From positions 127 through 64,126 of the forward strand of contig JACOWW010000005.1 in assembly GCA_016176605.1 (NCBI GenBank): a stretch of 64,000 nucleotides of DNA. Reading direction: 5' to 3'. The position numbers were made by a program, and so were the translations under genes. Below, one piece after another: positions 23,150-34,407 of the stretch (positions within the stretch are counted from its first letter, which is position 1; every line of letters starts with the position of its first letter). The notes beneath the pieces are model-generated. The model was not told the DNA's origin, did no database searches, and was given only the letters and a program-made list of their open reading frames with translations. This stretch comes from Candidatus Saccharimonadota bacterium (GTDB lineage: Bacteria > Patescibacteriota > Saccharimonadia > Saccharimonadales > UBA10212).

Positions 23150-26041
23150 CTACCCAACTATTAACACTTTCTTTAAAAATTGTCCAGTATAACTGACTCT
23201 GTTTTTGGCGACCTTTTCGGGTGTGCCTTGCGCAATGATTCGGCCGCCCCCGTCGCCACCTTCTGGGCCCATATCTATAATATGGTCGGCCGATTTTATG
23301 ACGTCAAGGTTATGCTCGATAACAATCATGCTGTTGCCGGCATCAACCAGCGCCTGTAGCACATGCAGTAATTTATCAACATCGGCCATGTGCAGGCCGG
23401 TAGTCGGTTCATCCAGAATATATAACGTGCGGCCGGTTGGCCGGCGTGACAACTCAGTGGCCAGCTTTACACGTTGGGCTTCACCACCAGACAAAGTTGT
23501 GGCTGGTTGGCCGAGAGTTATATAACCCAGGCCGACATCGACCAATGTTTGCAGTTTGCGGGCAATGCTTGGAATATTGGCAAAAAATTCTAGGGCTTGT
23601 TCGCAGGTCATTTCTAACACGTCGCTGATGGTCTTGCCTTTATAATGAATCTCCAGGGCTTCGCGATTATAGCGCTTGCCGCGGCAAACTTCACAAGTTA
23701 CATAAACGTCCGGCAAAAAATGCATTTCGATTTTAATGACCCCATCGCCAGAGCAGTTTTCACAGCGTCCACCCTTAACATTGAAGCTGAAACGCCCTGG
23801 TCTGTAACCCCGAATTTTAGCTTCCGGCGACTGCGCAAAAAGTTCACGAATAGGAGTAAAAACGCCAGTATAGGTCGCCGGATTGGACCGCGGCGTACGG
23901 CCAATTGGCGATTGGTCAATAACAATAGCTTTGTCCAGTTGTTTAATGCCTTCTATGTCATCGTGCCGGCCGGGCACCGTTTGGGCGCGCATCAGGCGGG
24001 CCGAAAGTTCACGTGCTAAAATATCGTTTATTAAACTCGATTTGCCCGATCCACTAACTCCGCTAACCACTATCAGTTGACCCAATGGAATGTCAACGTT
24101 GATATTTTTAAGGTTATTTTCACGGGCGCCTTTAATAACCAGTTTTTTGCCGTTGGCCGGCCGGCGCTGGCTTGGCGTCTTAATCCTAAAGTCGCCTCGC
24201 AGGAACTGTGCGGTTACGCTATTTTTGGCTTTGGCTACTTGGATCGGAGTACCGGTGGCTACTATTTCGCCGCCGTGTATACCGGCGCCGGGGCCTATGT
24301 CTACCAAAAAGTCAGCGCTTCTAATGGTTTCTTCGTCATGTTCAACGACAATGACCGTGTTGCCAAGATCGCGCAGCCTTTCCAGTGTATTTAGCAAACG
24401 TTTGTTGTCGCGCTGGTGCAGGCCAATGCTCGGTTCGTCCAGTACGTAAAGCACGCCTTGCAACCCTGAACCTATTTGTGTTGCCAGACGTATACGCTGG
24501 GCTTCGCCGCCGGCTAGGCTAACGGCACTTCTTGCCAGAGCCAAATAATTAAGGCCGACGTCCTGCAAGAATTTCAGGCGGGCATTGATCTCTTTTAAAA
24601 TTTGATGGGCAATCTGGGTCTGGGTGCTATCCAATTTAACATTTTTAAAAAAATCAGCGGCTTTATCAATGTCCAGCTCACAAATATCCATAATGTTTTT
24701 GCCGACAACTGTAATTGCTAAAACTTCGGGCTTCAAGCGTTTGCCGCCGCAGACATGGCAGGGCCGCTCCTGCATGTATTTTTCAATGTCACGGCGGATA
24801 AAATCGCTTTCGGTTTCTTTGTGCCGGCGCTCGAGATTCGGGATAACTCCTTCATAAGTCGTATTAAACGAGCGGCCGATGCCTAGAGAAATTCGGTAAG
24901 TTTCGCTGCCGGTGCCATAAAGGATTTTATCAAGCTGCGGCTTAGTCAGTTCAGCAGTTGGCACATGCAAGCTAAAACGGTACCGCTCAGCCACGGCTTG
25001 GAGTTTTTTCATCCACCAGGCATCAGTGTTAATACGGTTAAAGGGCCGAATAGCGCCTTCGGCAATCGTCAGCCGGCCGTTAGGGATGACAAGTTCTGGA
25101 TCTACCTCGAGCCGGTTGCCCAGTCCCGTACAAACGGGGCAAGCGCCGTGCGGCGAGTTAAAACTAAAGGTCCGCGGTTCCAACTCCGGAATAGCCACAT
25201 CTGGGTGATCGACACAGGCATACTTCAACGAATAGTGAAACTCCTTGTGAAAGGTCCGTCCTTTCACAGCTTCCGTATAAATTAGGGTATTGCCATTAGC
25301 GTGAAAGGACGGACCTTTCACATCGTCGATGGCTAGAACGCTTAGCAAGCCGTCGGCCAAGTCCAATGCTTGTTCGACGCTCTGGGCTAGCCGTGTGCGG
25401 CTGGCTTCGTTATTGACCAAACGATCAACCACAATATCGATTTTATGTTTGAAGTTCTTGTCCAACTGCGGAAATTCATCAAGCGCGTAAATCACGCCAT
25501 CGACCCGGGCGCGGGCAAAGCCGGCGCGTTGGAATTGTTCGGGAATATGTTCGAAGGCGCCTTTTTTATCAATAACAATCGGCGCCAGCACAATAATTTT
25601 GGTATTCTTAGTCGCTTCAACTACCTGGTCTAAAATAGCGTTTGAGGTTTGACGGGTGACCGGCTGGCCACAGATAGGGCAGTGTGGGATACCAACGCGC
25701 GCAAAAAGCAGGCGTAGATAATCATAAATTTCGGTGACAGTTGCCACCGTACTGCGCGGGTTACGGCTGGTGGATTTTTGGTCGATGCTAATGGCTGGCG
25801 AAAGCCCATCAATCTGGTCGACATCGGGCTTTTCCATGATGCCTAAGAACTGGCGAGCATAAGCGCTGAGTGACTCCACGTAGCGACGTTGGCCTTCAGC
25901 GTAAATAGTATCAAAGGCCAAAGAAGATTTACCGGAGCCAGAAAGACCAGTTATAACCACCAACTTCTCGCGCGGAATCTCCAAGCTAATATTCTTGAGA
26001 TTATGTTCCCTCGCACCAACAACTTTAATCACATTACTCAT
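23150..26041 (-). CDS. uvrA: Excinuclease ABC subunit A
   Basis: Two ABC ATPase domains ([16 protein letters not shown]) and Zn fingers. Confidence 0.98.
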   Translation of the reverse strand: MSNVIKVVGAREHNLKNISLEIPREKLVVITGLSGSGKSSLAFDTIYAEGQRRYVESLSAYARQFLGIMEKPDVDQIDGLSPAISIDQKSTSRNPRSTVATVTEIYDYLRLLFARVGIPHCPICGQPVTRQTSNAILDQVVEATKNTKIIVLAPIVIDKKGAFEHIPEQFQRAGFARARVDGVIYALDEFPQLDKNFKHKIDIVVDRLVNNEASRTRLAQSVEQALDLADGLLSVLAIDDVKGPSFHANGNTLIYTEAVKGRTFHKEFHYSLKYACVDHPDVAIPELEPRTFSFNSPHGACPVCTGLGNRLEVDPELVIPNGRLTIAEGAIRPFNRINTDAWWMKKLQAVAERYRFSLHVPTAELTKPQLDKILYGTGSETYRISLGIGRSFNTTYEGVIPNLERRHKETESDFIRRDIEKYMQERPCHVCGGKRLKPEVLAITVVGKNIMDICELDIDKAADFFKNVKLDSTQTQIAHQILKEINARLKFLQDVGLNYLALARSAVSLAGGEAQRIRLATQIGSGLQGVLYVLDEPSIGLHQRDNKRLLNTLERLRDLGNTVIVVEHDEETIRSADFLVDIGPGAGIHGGEIVATGTPIQVAKAKNSVTAQFLRGDFRIKTPSQRRPANGKKLVIKGARENNLKNINVDIPLGQLIVVSGVSGSGKSSLINDILARELSARLMRAQTVPGRHDDIEGIKQLDKAIVIDQSPIGRTPRSNPATYTGVFTPIRELFAQSPEAKIRGYRPGRFSFNVKGGRCENCSGDGVIKIEMHFLPDVYVTCEVCRGKRYNREALEIHYKGKTISDVLEMTCEQALEFFANIPSIARKLQTLVDVGLGYITLGQPATTLSGGEAQRVKLATELSRRPTGRTLYILDEPTTGLHMADVDKLLHVLQALVDAGNSMIVIEHNLDVIKSADHIIDMGPEGGDGGGRIIAQGTPEKVAKNRVSYTGQFLKKVLIVG

Positions 26042-26221
26042 AAAACCAAGGGAGTGATTATACAGAATTTTTCGGTTTTTTTCCAGTGTTTGTCTTAATT
26101 AATTAAAATAAGCATTAGTAATATAAAGTAATTGATTATTTTGCAATTTAGTTGTAGAATGTAATCAGATTAAAGGTTGGGCCGCCATCCGCCTTAGACG
26201 GATTGCGGCTGAAATGTAAAA

Positions 26222-26425
26222 ATGTTAGATTTTCTGTTAGTTCTAGGCCAGATTCCTGGCACAAATATTCAAATCTCTTTTTGGCAGCTAGTTTTTGGTA
26301 TCCTTGGAATCTGGTTGGCTATACGTTTGTGGCGCCGCCCGGCCTTGCGCCGTAAATATATTTACTGGTTTGGGTTAGTTTCATTTTATATTTATTTTCG
26401 CTATCGCCACTTACGCCAGCGGTAA
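26222..26425 (+). CDS. Small membrane hypothetical protein
   Basis: LGQIPGTNIQI start, two hydrophobic segments. Confidence 0.55.
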   Translation: MLDFLLVLGQIPGTNIQISFWQLVFGILGIWLAIRLWRRPALRRKYIYWFGLVSFYIYFRYRHLRQR

Positions 26426-27835
26426 AATTGATTGGCCATACAATTTTAGCTCTTCCAGCAAGTATTTTTGTTCTTTATTAAGCCGTGGCTGTTTGCTTAG
26501 CTCTTCAATCCGCTTGAAGTACTTGGCGACCGGGCTGGCTTCGCCGCCGCCTTGCAAGCGCTTAGTTTTGAAAGTTTCCCACCACTTCTTTTGGGAACTT
26601 GATAAAACTTGCGGGAAATTGCGGGCTTTATATAGCGGCAGAATAAATTTTAGCCTGTCATCGGCAAAGCCGGGGTCAAAGTCGGCCAGCTCATCCGGGC
26701 CGGCCGCCCGCACGGCGCTCATCTTGGTTTTATCCAAGTCACTGACAAAGCCATCGTAAAGCTGTTCGTCAACTTTTTGCTCATCGACAACCAGTTCCGG
26801 CTGGCGCGCAGGATAAATAATTTCCAGCGCCGCGACTAAATTTTTAGCAAAGTCTTTGGCAGTTTTTAGTTTTTTGAAGTTTTTATCAACTTTGTTCTGG
26901 TCCAGCTGGAGGCGCTGGGTGCTGGCTTGATCTAAAACCGACAACGGCGCGACAGCCGGACATCTATTATATGACAGTAGTTTCACTGGAAAGTATGGCA
27001 CATCTTCTCCGCGTGCCGACCATTTGGCCGCCAATTCTGAAGGATCCAACTTTATAAATTCTGAAGGATCTATACGCAGGTCATACATCAACATCCCCCG
27101 CCCCTCCGGATGTGGTGCTATGGCTACAGCTACAGTCGTTTTTTGGTGTTCACTGGGGTAGCGGCCGCTGGTATAAACCAGCGGATCGCGCTTGTTAACC
27201 AAAACTTCAACCTTGGTTTTATCACGCAAATTAAGCAAATAATCAAACAACTTTGGCTGGCTGTTGTGGATCATCTGTGCCACAGCTACTAGGGTTTTAA
27301 CATCACTCAAGGCATCATGCGCGCCGTCGTGCTTTAGTTTATTCATGGAAGCCAGATATCCAAGCGCAACAGTTGCTTTACCGTCTGGCGCGAACGGCCA
27401 TTTAATACCTTCTGGCCGCAACGCCCGAGTCATCCGCGCCACATCCAGCAAGTCCCAGCGACTGCGGTTATTCTTCCATTGCCATTCGTAAGCATCGTAA
27501 AAATTGCGCCACAGTAGATGACGAATAAATTCGTCGTCAAAACGGATATTGTTGTAGCCGACAGTTATTGTATCTTTGGAAAATACTTGAGCGGTTAAGT
27601 ATTTTGCAAACTCAGTTTCGTTGACACCTTCGGCTTTAGTTTTTTGCGGCGTGATACCATGGACCAAAACGGCGTCCGGTTCGGGCAAAACGTCGTCCGT
27701 TAATTTAATTAGAATGTTGTCCGGCTGGCCGATTGGTTTTAAATTCATATCTGTACGTTGGCCGCCAAATTGCATAATCCGGTCAGCCCTTGAGTTAAAT
27801 CCGCTAGTCTCCAAATCGTAAAAATAAAAGGTCAT
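26411..27835 (-). CDS. sbcB: Exodeoxyribonuclease I
   Basis: YDLETSG, GYNNIRFDDEF, AHDALSDV DEDDh motifs. Confidence 0.95.
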   Translation of the reverse strand: MTFYFYDLETSGFNSRADRIMQFGGQRTDMNLKPIGQPDNILIKLTDDVLPEPDAVLVHGITPQKTKAEGVNETEFAKYLTAQVFSKDTITVGYNNIRFDDEFIRHLLWRNFYDAYEWQWKNNRSRWDLLDVARMTRALRPEGIKWPFAPDGKATVALGYLASMNKLKHDGAHDALSDVKTLVAVAQMIHNSQPKLFDYLLNLRDKTKVEVLVNKRDPLVYTSGRYPSEHQKTTVAVAIAPHPEGRGMLMYDLRIDPSEFIKLDPSELAAKWSARGEDVPYFPVKLLSYNRCPAVAPLSVLDQASTQRLQLDQNKVDKNFKKLKTAKDFAKNLVAALEIIYPARQPELVVDEQKVDEQLYDGFVSDLDKTKMSAVRAAGPDELADFDPGFADDRLKFILPLYKARNFPQVLSSSQKKWWETFKTKRLQGGGEASPVAKYFKRIEELSKQPRLNKEQKYLLEELKLYGQSILPLA

Positions 27836-27868
27836 CTCAACCCGCAGTCTATCTTATCAACCCCTAAT

Positions 27869-27900
27869 AACAAAATTCTGACATATGTTAGAATTTTGTT
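27869..27900. promoter_or_regulatory. 32-bp near-perfect palindrome directly before the PaaX-like start codon (candidate operator)
   Basis: AACAAAATTCTGACAT/ATGTTAGAATTTTGTT. Confidence 0.6.
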
Positions 27901-28464
27901 ATGCAAACTAAAAAGGCAATTAATGCTGTGCTGCAACTACTGGGCGTAAGCGGACTGTCTGGTATAACGATCGCCGCGCCCAATGCTTTGCAGGCCTTTG
28001 ATATATTTCTTCGCAAAAATAGTAAAATCAAAATTTTTGATAATCAAAAAATATTTTACGAGCTAAAAAGGCAGGGCTTAGTTCACGTTAGCCAGTTTAG
28101 CAATGAGACAACTTTTACCCTTACACCGGCAGGCGTTTATCGCTTACAACGACACATCATTGAGGCACTAAAAATACCCCGGCCCAAAAAGTGGAATATG
28201 AGATGGCGACTGATAACTTATGACGTGCCCAACAAGCAATCACGCCAAAGAGCTTGTTTTACAGCACGACTAAGTTCGCTGGGATTTTACATGTTACAGC
28301 GAAGTGTCTGGGTACATCCCTTCCCTTGTTTTGATCAAGTGCAGCAGATAGCTAGCCATTTCAACGTGTTAAGATATTGCGTCTTTTTGGAAGTTTCCAA
28401 GATTGACAGGCATTCCGAGCAGCGCTTACTGCGCCGCTTTGAGCCGCTGCTTCCACGCCGCTAG
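27901..28464 (+). CDS. PaaX-like regulator (wHTH plus Cas2-like domain)
   Basis: LTPAG, 'W.LITYDVP', 'LGFYMLQRSVWVHP'. Confidence 0.8.
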   Translation: MQTKKAINAVLQLLGVSGLSGITIAAPNALQAFDIFLRKNSKIKIFDNQKIFYELKRQGLVHVSQFSNETTFTLTPAGVYRLQRHIIEALKIPRPKKWNMRWRLITYDVPNKQSRQRACFTARLSSLGFYMLQRSVWVHPFPCFDQVQQIASHFNVLRYCVFLEVSKIDRHSEQRLLRRFEPLLPRR

Positions 28465-29738
28465 TAGTCAATAGTACCAATAACCGGGTCGCCGATTTGG
28501 ATTTTTTGGCTGGGCGCTATCCCACGGCGCTCCAGTTCCTTCATAATCCCCATTTTATACATGATGTCACGCAGGCGCTGCTGGCCGTGATAGTCGCCGA
28601 AGTGAGTACGAGCCGCAAAGCGTTCGATTTTTCTGCCGGTGATCACAAATCCCTCTTTGGTCTTTTTGATTATCCAGACATCCTCATCCTCACGCAAGCC
28701 AATGACAGGCAGTTCGGCTTTGGCCTTTTTATGCGGGGGCTGCTTTTTGATTTGTTCAACCTTTTTTTGCACCGTACGCAGTAGCGCTTTCACCCCTTCG
28801 CCGGTAGGGCTGGCGATGGCCGTCACTATCACAGTTCGTCCAGCAATCTGCTTAAGGGCTCCCAGTTGTTTTTCGACCTTGCTTTTATCTACCCCGTCTA
28901 TTTTGGTTAGGGCCACGATTTGCGGCTTTTTACTTAAATCTATTTTATAGTCGCGCAGTTCCTGCATGATAGTTTGGTAATCCCCGGCGATATTTTGGCT
29001 GTAGACGTCAACCAAATGGACCAGCAGACTGGTGCGCTCGATGTGCCGCAGGAATTCATCGCCTAGACCTTTACCCTGACTGGCACCTTCGATAAGACCT
29101 GGGATATCGGCAAACAGCAGACTGGTTTTTTGGTCGATGTCTACCACTCCCAGATTTGGCACTAAAGTTGTAAAAGGATAGTCGGCAATTTCCGGCTTGG
29201 CGTTGCTGATAACAGATAGCAAAGTCGATTTTCCGGAGTTTGGCAGGCCAATTAGCCCGACATCGGCAATCATTTTCAGCTCCAGTGCAGCTTGGAGCAT
29301 CTCTCCCGGCTCGCCCTTTTCTGCGACTTTAGGAGCCTGGCGGGTGGAGCTCACAAAATGGGCGTTACCGAACCCCCCTCGTCCGCCGCGTGCTAAAACC
29401 TCCAACTGACCATCGACTGTAAAATCGGCCAAAACTCGACTGGTTTGGTCGACCACAACTGTGCCTACTGGCACAGCCACCTCTAAATCAGCGCCGTTTT
29501 TGCCGTGTTTTTTATCGCGCATCCCCGGTCGGCCGTTTTCGGCCTTTAGTAATTTTTTATAACGGAGGGCGGCTAGTGTGTTTTGATCATGACTGGCGCG
29601 CAGGATAACAGCGCCGCCATGCCCGCCGTCACCGCCGTTAGGCCCACCAAGTGTTCTAAACCGCCGCCTGAAACTGACAATGCCGTCACCGCCATCGCCC
29701 GCTTTTACGGTCACATTAACTCGGTCCACAAAACTCAT
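28461..29738 (-). CDS. obgE: GTPase ObgE/CgtA
   Basis: Gly-rich Obg fold, GLPNSGKS, YPFTT, DIPG, TKID, OCT domain. Confidence 0.97.
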   Translation of the reverse strand: MSFVDRVNVTVKAGDGGDGIVSFRRRFRTLGGPNGGDGGHGGAVILRASHDQNTLAALRYKKLLKAENGRPGMRDKKHGKNGADLEVAVPVGTVVVDQTSRVLADFTVDGQLEVLARGGRGGFGNAHFVSSTRQAPKVAEKGEPGEMLQAALELKMIADVGLIGLPNSGKSTLLSVISNAKPEIADYPFTTLVPNLGVVDIDQKTSLLFADIPGLIEGASQGKGLGDEFLRHIERTSLLVHLVDVYSQNIAGDYQTIMQELRDYKIDLSKKPQIVALTKIDGVDKSKVEKQLGALKQIAGRTVIVTAIASPTGEGVKALLRTVQKKVEQIKKQPPHKKAKAELPVIGLREDEDVWIIKKTKEGFVITGRKIERFAARTHFGDYHGQQRLRDIMYKMGIMKELERRGIAPSQKIQIGDPVIGTIDY

Positions 29739-29794
29739 ACCTAAAGAGTACCGAGTCCTTAGTCCTTAGTCCACAGCTAACCCCCCATCATTGA

Positions 29795-30002
29795 CTGTCA
29801 AGCGAGCCCCAAAAATGAACAAACCCCGAGCAAACGGATGAAGCTAGGCTCAAGCGAGAGCCGAATAAAGCCAAAAGATAGTCCTGAACCTCATCTAAAG
29901 AAAGTGAAGGGCCGACTGTAAGGAGTCCTTTTGGCGCGGCGCAGGTCCAGTTTAGATTCAATCGTGCTTTGCGAAAGGTTTGTGAGGTTTTGGGGTGAGC
30001 GC
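29795..30002. ncRNA. ~200-nt irregular long hairpin (candidate ncRNA or member of the GCTC-ended element family)
   Basis: Nested stems CCCCAAAA/TTTTGGGG, ACAAACC/GGTTTGT, GCCAAAAG/CTTTTGGC. Confidence 0.5.
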
Positions 30003-30003
30003 C

Positions 30004-31125
30004 CTATTGATAAATGTAATTTTGGAAGCGAGTAATAGGTGTCCAGTCACTAAAGCCAACCCGGCCCCAACCGGCCAGGCCGTTCATATCGGAATACTTA
30101 ATCATCGTGCCGTCAGCTGAAACCTCGCTAACAACCCCTACATGCCCTAGCCAGCCGGCGTTGGTTTGGCCGATAGCACCGGGACGTGGAGTAGTACTGA
30201 CAGTCCAGCCGGAAGCTGCCGCATAATTATCCCATGTGTTGGCATTGCCCCAGTTGTTGGGCACGGTAACCTTGCCAGCCACGTAGTAAGTACAGTAGCC
30301 GAAGTCATAACCATTGCCGCCATAACTGGCCACGAATACTCCATAGGTTAAAGGCGCGGATTTACTGGCGTTAGGAATTATTATTTGTTCGCCAAGTTTC
30401 AAGCCATTTATTTCAGCATCGTTATAGGTAATGATTTGGCTCTCATCGGCGCGGTATTTGGTGGCTAAAGCGGCTGGCGTATCACCGGCCTTGACCGTAT
30501 AGACTATCCCGTTAACCGGCGGTATCGATAATTTGGTGCCAGCCGCAATGGCATTGCCCGACAGGTTATTGGACCAACGGACGCTGTCGGCACTAATGCC
30601 GTATTTATCGGCGATTTTCGCGATAGTATCTCCAGCTTGGGCGGTGTACTGTATGATGCCTTGCTTGGACTTTTGGACAGTTGGCACAATCTGCGGTTTG
30701 GCTAAAATAGTGGTATCGCTGGGGGTCATAGCCAGTAAGATACTGTCGCTGTCGGCTTGGCTGCGGACGGCTTTTATCTCAGGCAGTTGGGCCATCTGGG
30801 CCGCAGTCAGGGCGATTTGGGCGGCCGATAACTGGTCCAGCGGGCTTTGTTGGGCGCTGGCCGTCGCGCTCACACTATTAACCGTACCAGTGCGGATGGT
30901 CTGGCTGGCCGAGCGATTGCTAATAATAAAAGTGCCAATTCCCAAAAGCAGTACCAAGTTACCAACGACCAGCCCCCAGCGGGTCACGCGCCGCTTGGAT
31001 TTTTTATCAAGCCTGTCGTATCTTTGTTTGGGCAACGAGGAAATAGAGTCCAGCGAAGGGACCTTTCGACTAATATCGGAAAGTTTGATCTGGGGTTTCT
31101 TAAGCTGCGGCCTAGAAATATTCAT
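30004..31125 (-). CDS. Membrane-anchored LysM-LysM-CHAP peptidoglycan hydrolase
   Basis: Two LysM repeats; GYCTYYV, WGNANTW, GHVGVV CHAP motifs. Confidence 0.92.
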   Translation of the reverse strand: MNISRPQLKKPQIKLSDISRKVPSLDSISSLPKQRYDRLDKKSKRRVTRWGLVVGNLVLLLGIGTFIISNRSASQTIRTGTVNSVSATASAQQSPLDQLSAAQIALTAAQMAQLPEIKAVRSQADSDSILLAMTPSDTTILAKPQIVPTVQKSKQGIIQYTAQAGDTIAKIADKYGISADSVRWSNNLSGNAIAAGTKLSIPPVNGIVYTVKAGDTPAALATKYRADESQIITYNDAEINGLKLGEQIIIPNASKSAPLTYGVFVASYGGNGYDFGYCTYYVAGKVTVPNNWGNANTWDNYAAASGWTVSTTPRPGAIGQTNAGWLGHVGVVSEVSADGTMIKYSDMNGLAGWGRVGFSDWTPITRFQNYIYQ

Positions 31126-31244
31126 CCTAAAAATACGAAAGGTAAGCTAGAGGCAGGACAAAGACCTTTCGTAGGTATTATTATATCAATCCACTCCGCC
31201 AATAGGCGCCTCTGACCACTGTTTGTGTATCCCTTGACAAAGTC

Positions 31245-32288
31245 CTACCTGAGGCATAGATTAGTGCAGTATTTTTTAACTGCTTCCTCGTGCTCGACTT
31301 GGGTGCGGCTAAAGTGAACTTCAAGGTCGTCCCCAGCCACGAAGAAGAGGTAGTCGGTAGTCGCCGGATTGGCAACCGCACGTAAAGCGTCATAGGTCAT
31401 GTTGCTGATCGGCCCGGGCGGCAAGCCGTCGTTTTTATAAGAGTTATAAGGAGATTCAATGGCCAGGCTGCGCTGCATCCCCTGGATGGCTGAGGCATAA
31501 AAGGCAGTGGGGTCGGATTCTAGGCGGATACCTTGTGACAGACGTTTGTAAAATACCTGGGCGACTGTCGGCTGGTAGCTCGGGTTATCCGTTTCCTGAG
31601 CGACTATGGAAGCCAGCGTTATACCTTGAAAAATACTAAGTGAATGGGCGCCAAAGCCATTAATAACTTCAGGGGTAAGATATTTTTGCATTTCGTCCAG
31701 CGATTCCCGGACGATAGTGGAGGCCGGTGTGTCGGCTTGCTTCTGAAAAGAGTCGGGGTATAAATAACCTTCCAGTGAAGCACCCAGCGGTAAACTTGCC
31801 AGCGCCGGATGGCCACTGTAAGCTGCCGGGTTGAAAGCAGTTTCAATTTCCGATTTGGAGTACCCAGCCGCCGCGAAAGCCTGCTTAATTTCATCTAGTC
31901 TTTTTTGCGGCAGGATGGTTAATAAATTTTTAGCCACATCGCCGTCAACCATTTTCTTAACTATTTGGCTGACGGACATCGAGGAACTCAAAGAATAGGT
32001 TCCAGCCTGCAATTTGTTGTGCAGTTCGTTGCTGCGCACGTAAGTTTCAAAGACCCGGGTGTTACGGATCAAACCAGCGCTTTTAAGCTTGACGCCGATT
32101 TGGTGCAAACTGGACCCGCTAGTAACTGTAAAATAGCGGGTTTCGGCTGAAGTTGAAACCGGCATCAGGTTATTGTTATACCAGCTGCGCAGGCCAATGA
32201 TAACGCCACCCAAAGCCAAGGCAGCTATTAAAATAACTACCGCCAATATTTTGGATGACTTGCGCGGTAGCTTGATCATGCTTTGCAT
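31245..32288 (-). CDS. mltG: Endolytic transglycosylase MltG
   Basis: LEGYLYPDS, LASIVAQE, LESDPT, SPYNSY..GLPPGPI. Confidence 0.93.
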   Translation of the reverse strand: MQSMIKLPRKSSKILAVVILIAALALGGVIIGLRSWYNNNLMPVSTSAETRYFTVTSGSSLHQIGVKLKSAGLIRNTRVFETYVRSNELHNKLQAGTYSLSSSMSVSQIVKKMVDGDVAKNLLTILPQKRLDEIKQAFAAAGYSKSEIETAFNPAAYSGHPALASLPLGASLEGYLYPDSFQKQADTPASTIVRESLDEMQKYLTPEVINGFGAHSLSIFQGITLASIVAQETDNPSYQPTVAQVFYKRLSQGIRLESDPTAFYASAIQGMQRSLAIESPYNSYKNDGLPPGPISNMTYDALRAVANPATTDYLFFVAGDDLEVHFSRTQVEHEEAVKKYCTNLCLR

Positions 32289-32291
32289 AGG

Positions 32292-32705
32292 TTAGCACAT
32301 TATCCGTTGGTGAGGGGGCGCGTCTAAAAAATCCTGTAAAATGGCTGCCGCCGCCAGCGCATGCTCATCATAGGAGCTCTTAGCTCTTAGCTCATAGCTC
32401 TTAGCCTTGATGCTGGTCAATGCCTCGTCCTGGAAGTAAAAAGGCAAGCCAATCTCTTTTTGGGCAGTTTTTACCCACTCCCGTACCCAACGGGTTTGAC
32501 CGGTGTCTTCGCCGGATAGATTCCGGGGGAGACCAATCACAATAGCTTCCACTTTATTTTGTTTAATTAACTCTTGCACCCCGGCTAAAGCCTCACTGGT
32601 TTTAACAGTTTTTAGCGGCTCAGCCAGCCGCGCCGCACTCGAGCCGCGCGCCATCCCGACTTTAGCTGCTCCGACGTCAAGGGCTAGTATTTCCATTGCT
32701 GTCAA
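32292..32705 (-). CDS. ruvX: YqgF/RuvX pre-16S rRNA nuclease
   Basis: LALDVG, IGLP, QDEALTS, AAAAILQDFLD. Confidence 0.92.
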   Translation of the reverse strand: MTAMEILALDVGAAKVGMARGSSAARLAEPLKTVKTSEALAGVQELIKQNKVEAIVIGLPRNLSGEDTGQTRWVREWVKTAQKEIGLPFYFQDEALTSIKAKSYELRAKSSYDEHALAAAAILQDFLDAPPHQRIMC

Positions 32706-34407
32706 CCTGCTGCTGAATAACCGTTATTTTACCCGGTTTTTTGGGAGCTTTACTGACCCAAAAGGGGCTAAGTTTAACATCGACTTCTTTGACGCCAGGC
32801 AGGACCGATAGTGTCGAGCGGATATCGCCGCTCTTTTGGCCGCCGACAGTCTTTTTGACATTCACCTCATCTATGATTGGCACGGCTGTAGTTTCTTCGA
32901 CAAGCTGCAGGGTAACTTTGTTTGGCGACTCCTGGTTTTGGACGCTAACGCTCAGGCCCTTTAGTACATCTTCATTGCTTGGCTTTTGCTGGCTGGAATC
33001 GATTTGCTTATTAAGTTGGTTGGTGACAACCTTTTTAAGGTCGTCTTTTTTAACGCTTAGGATACTGTAGGTTATCTTGACGGTGATATTAGCAGTTGTC
33101 GCCGGCGAACCGACCGCCGGCGAAGACGTTGCCGCAGTGTCGCCAAGTTTTAGAGTAGATTCGATAACGTATAGATCCTGGTCCTCCAGGGATTTTTTGA
33201 ATTCTTTGGTAAATTTGTCGGTGTCGGCAGCAGTAATCTTTTGTTTAGCCCCGTCAACGTCGCCCTGGCTCAATATCGTAGCAATGTTGTCCGTGCCGCC
33301 GCTGGCACTACCGCTGGCGCTGACGTCCGAACGACCGGCTACGCTAAAAGCGGTTCCGGCGCCAATGTTGTATTTAGAGCCGCCGGTTTGGGCGGTAATA
33401 GATGTAGACCCGCTGGATTTAAAATAAATACAACTATTTTTTATCTGGTCAAAAACAAATGAGGTTTTTTGTTGAGTTATATAAGTCAGCCCGCTGGCAC
33501 TTATACCTGAGCCGGCCGGTACGTCAGCTGGCGTGGCTACGCTATTGCATACCTGAGCAGACATTGTTACTGAGCCTTTAGCTTTATCGCCGTTATTTTG
33601 CTGACCAGTGGCGTTAACGGTAGAAGTGGCGGTTTGGTCTTTTTTTTGAAGGACTGCCGGAATAACGCCTTTTTCCTCATCCAAAGTTTTGGCGGCCGTG
33701 TCCGCCGTTAGATTAAAATTGGCAGAAACCGGCAAGCTGGTCGTTTTGATAGTTATGAGCGCTTTGGGCAACACGGAAGTGGCCAGATAAATGAATACAA
33801 TCAGTAAGATCAGCCCAACACTCCCCAGCCCTAGTAATAATCGGAACTTATTGAAGTTTGGAACTTTCAAATGCTTATCTTTAGGAGTTTTTGGCTTGGC
33901 AGTCGATGTCCCTGCCGCCTCTTTAGCGGCTTCGTCTTCGCTATCCAGCGGGATAGTCTCTGGCTCTTCAACTTCGTGCCCGGCGGCCAGTTCACCAATG
34001 CTGCGGCCATAGTCAATTTTGGCGTTGGCCTCATCAATTTCTTCTTCGGTCTTGGCCTCGGGCGCCTCATTACTGGGCGGCGCCGCAGCTTCGTGCAGCG
34101 GCACTGGCGAAGGGGGAATATGTGGTTTGCTTTGTAAACTTTTAGCGACGTGGAGCTGCGCTGCGCCAGCCAACGGTAAAATTGCTGAGTCACTGGTTAT
34201 CAAAACGATGTTTTTACCGGCATTTTCGGCGGCGCGTTTAAGCAAACGCATATTGACGATACTTTGTAAAACCGCTGCCCGCTTGGGCAAAACCAGCGCG
34301 ACTACTTTGGCGCCGGCAGTTTCGACTTTATCGATAATCGAGGTTATTTCGTCGTCAAGGTCGATATAAACGGTGTCTTTACCTGGCTTCTTGGCCTCTG
34401 TCGTCAT
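32677..34407 (-). CDS. Membrane protein with an N-terminal cytoplasmic domain, one TM and a baseplate-J-like extracellular region
   Basis: 'IYID.DDEITSII' style N-domain, one TM, beta-rich C-region; GGAGG RBS before ATG 34407; baseplate-J resemblance recalled, not searched. Confidence 0.7.
   Translation of the reverse strand: MTTEAKKPGKDTVYIDLDDEITSIIDKVETAGAKVVALVLPKRAAVLQSIVNMRLLKRAAENAGKNIVLITSDSAILPLAGAAQLHVAKSLQSKPHIPPSPVPLHEAAAPPSNEAPEAKTEEEIDEANAKIDYGRSIGELAAGHEVEEPETIPLDSEDEAAKEAAGTSTAKPKTPKDKHLKVPNFNKFRLLLGLGSVGLILLIVFIYLATSVLPKALITIKTTSLPVSANFNLTADTAAKTLDEEKGVIPAVLQKKDQTATSTVNATGQQNNGDKAKGSVTMSAQVCNSVATPADVPAGSGISASGLTYITQQKTSFVFDQIKNSCIYFKSSGSTSITAQTGGSKYNIGAGTAFSVAGRSDVSASGSASGGTDNIATILSQGDVDGAKQKITAADTDKFTKEFKKSLEDQDLYVIESTLKLGDTAATSSPAVGSPATTANITVKITYSILSVKKDDLKKVVTNQLNKQIDSSQQKPSNEDVLKGLSVSVQNQESPNKVTLQLVEETTAVPIIDEVNVKKTVGGQKSGDIRSTLSVLPGVKEVDVKLSPFWVSKAPKKPGKITVIQQQVDSNGNTSP

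Noticed and set aside
23205..26098. Numerous antisense and alternate-frame ORFs inside uvrA, ligA, alaS, metG and others
   Set aside because: Shadow ORFs of well-supported genes with no motifs or RBS.
27901..28464. Cas2-like domain as a sign of CRISPR-Cas
   Set aside because: It is fused to a wHTH as in PaaX-like regulators; no cas1 and no repeat-spacer array in the window.
16657..34407. Holin-like and baseplate-J-like genes as a prophage
   Set aside because: They are far apart, embedded in housekeeping operons, and there is no integrase, terminase or capsid gene.
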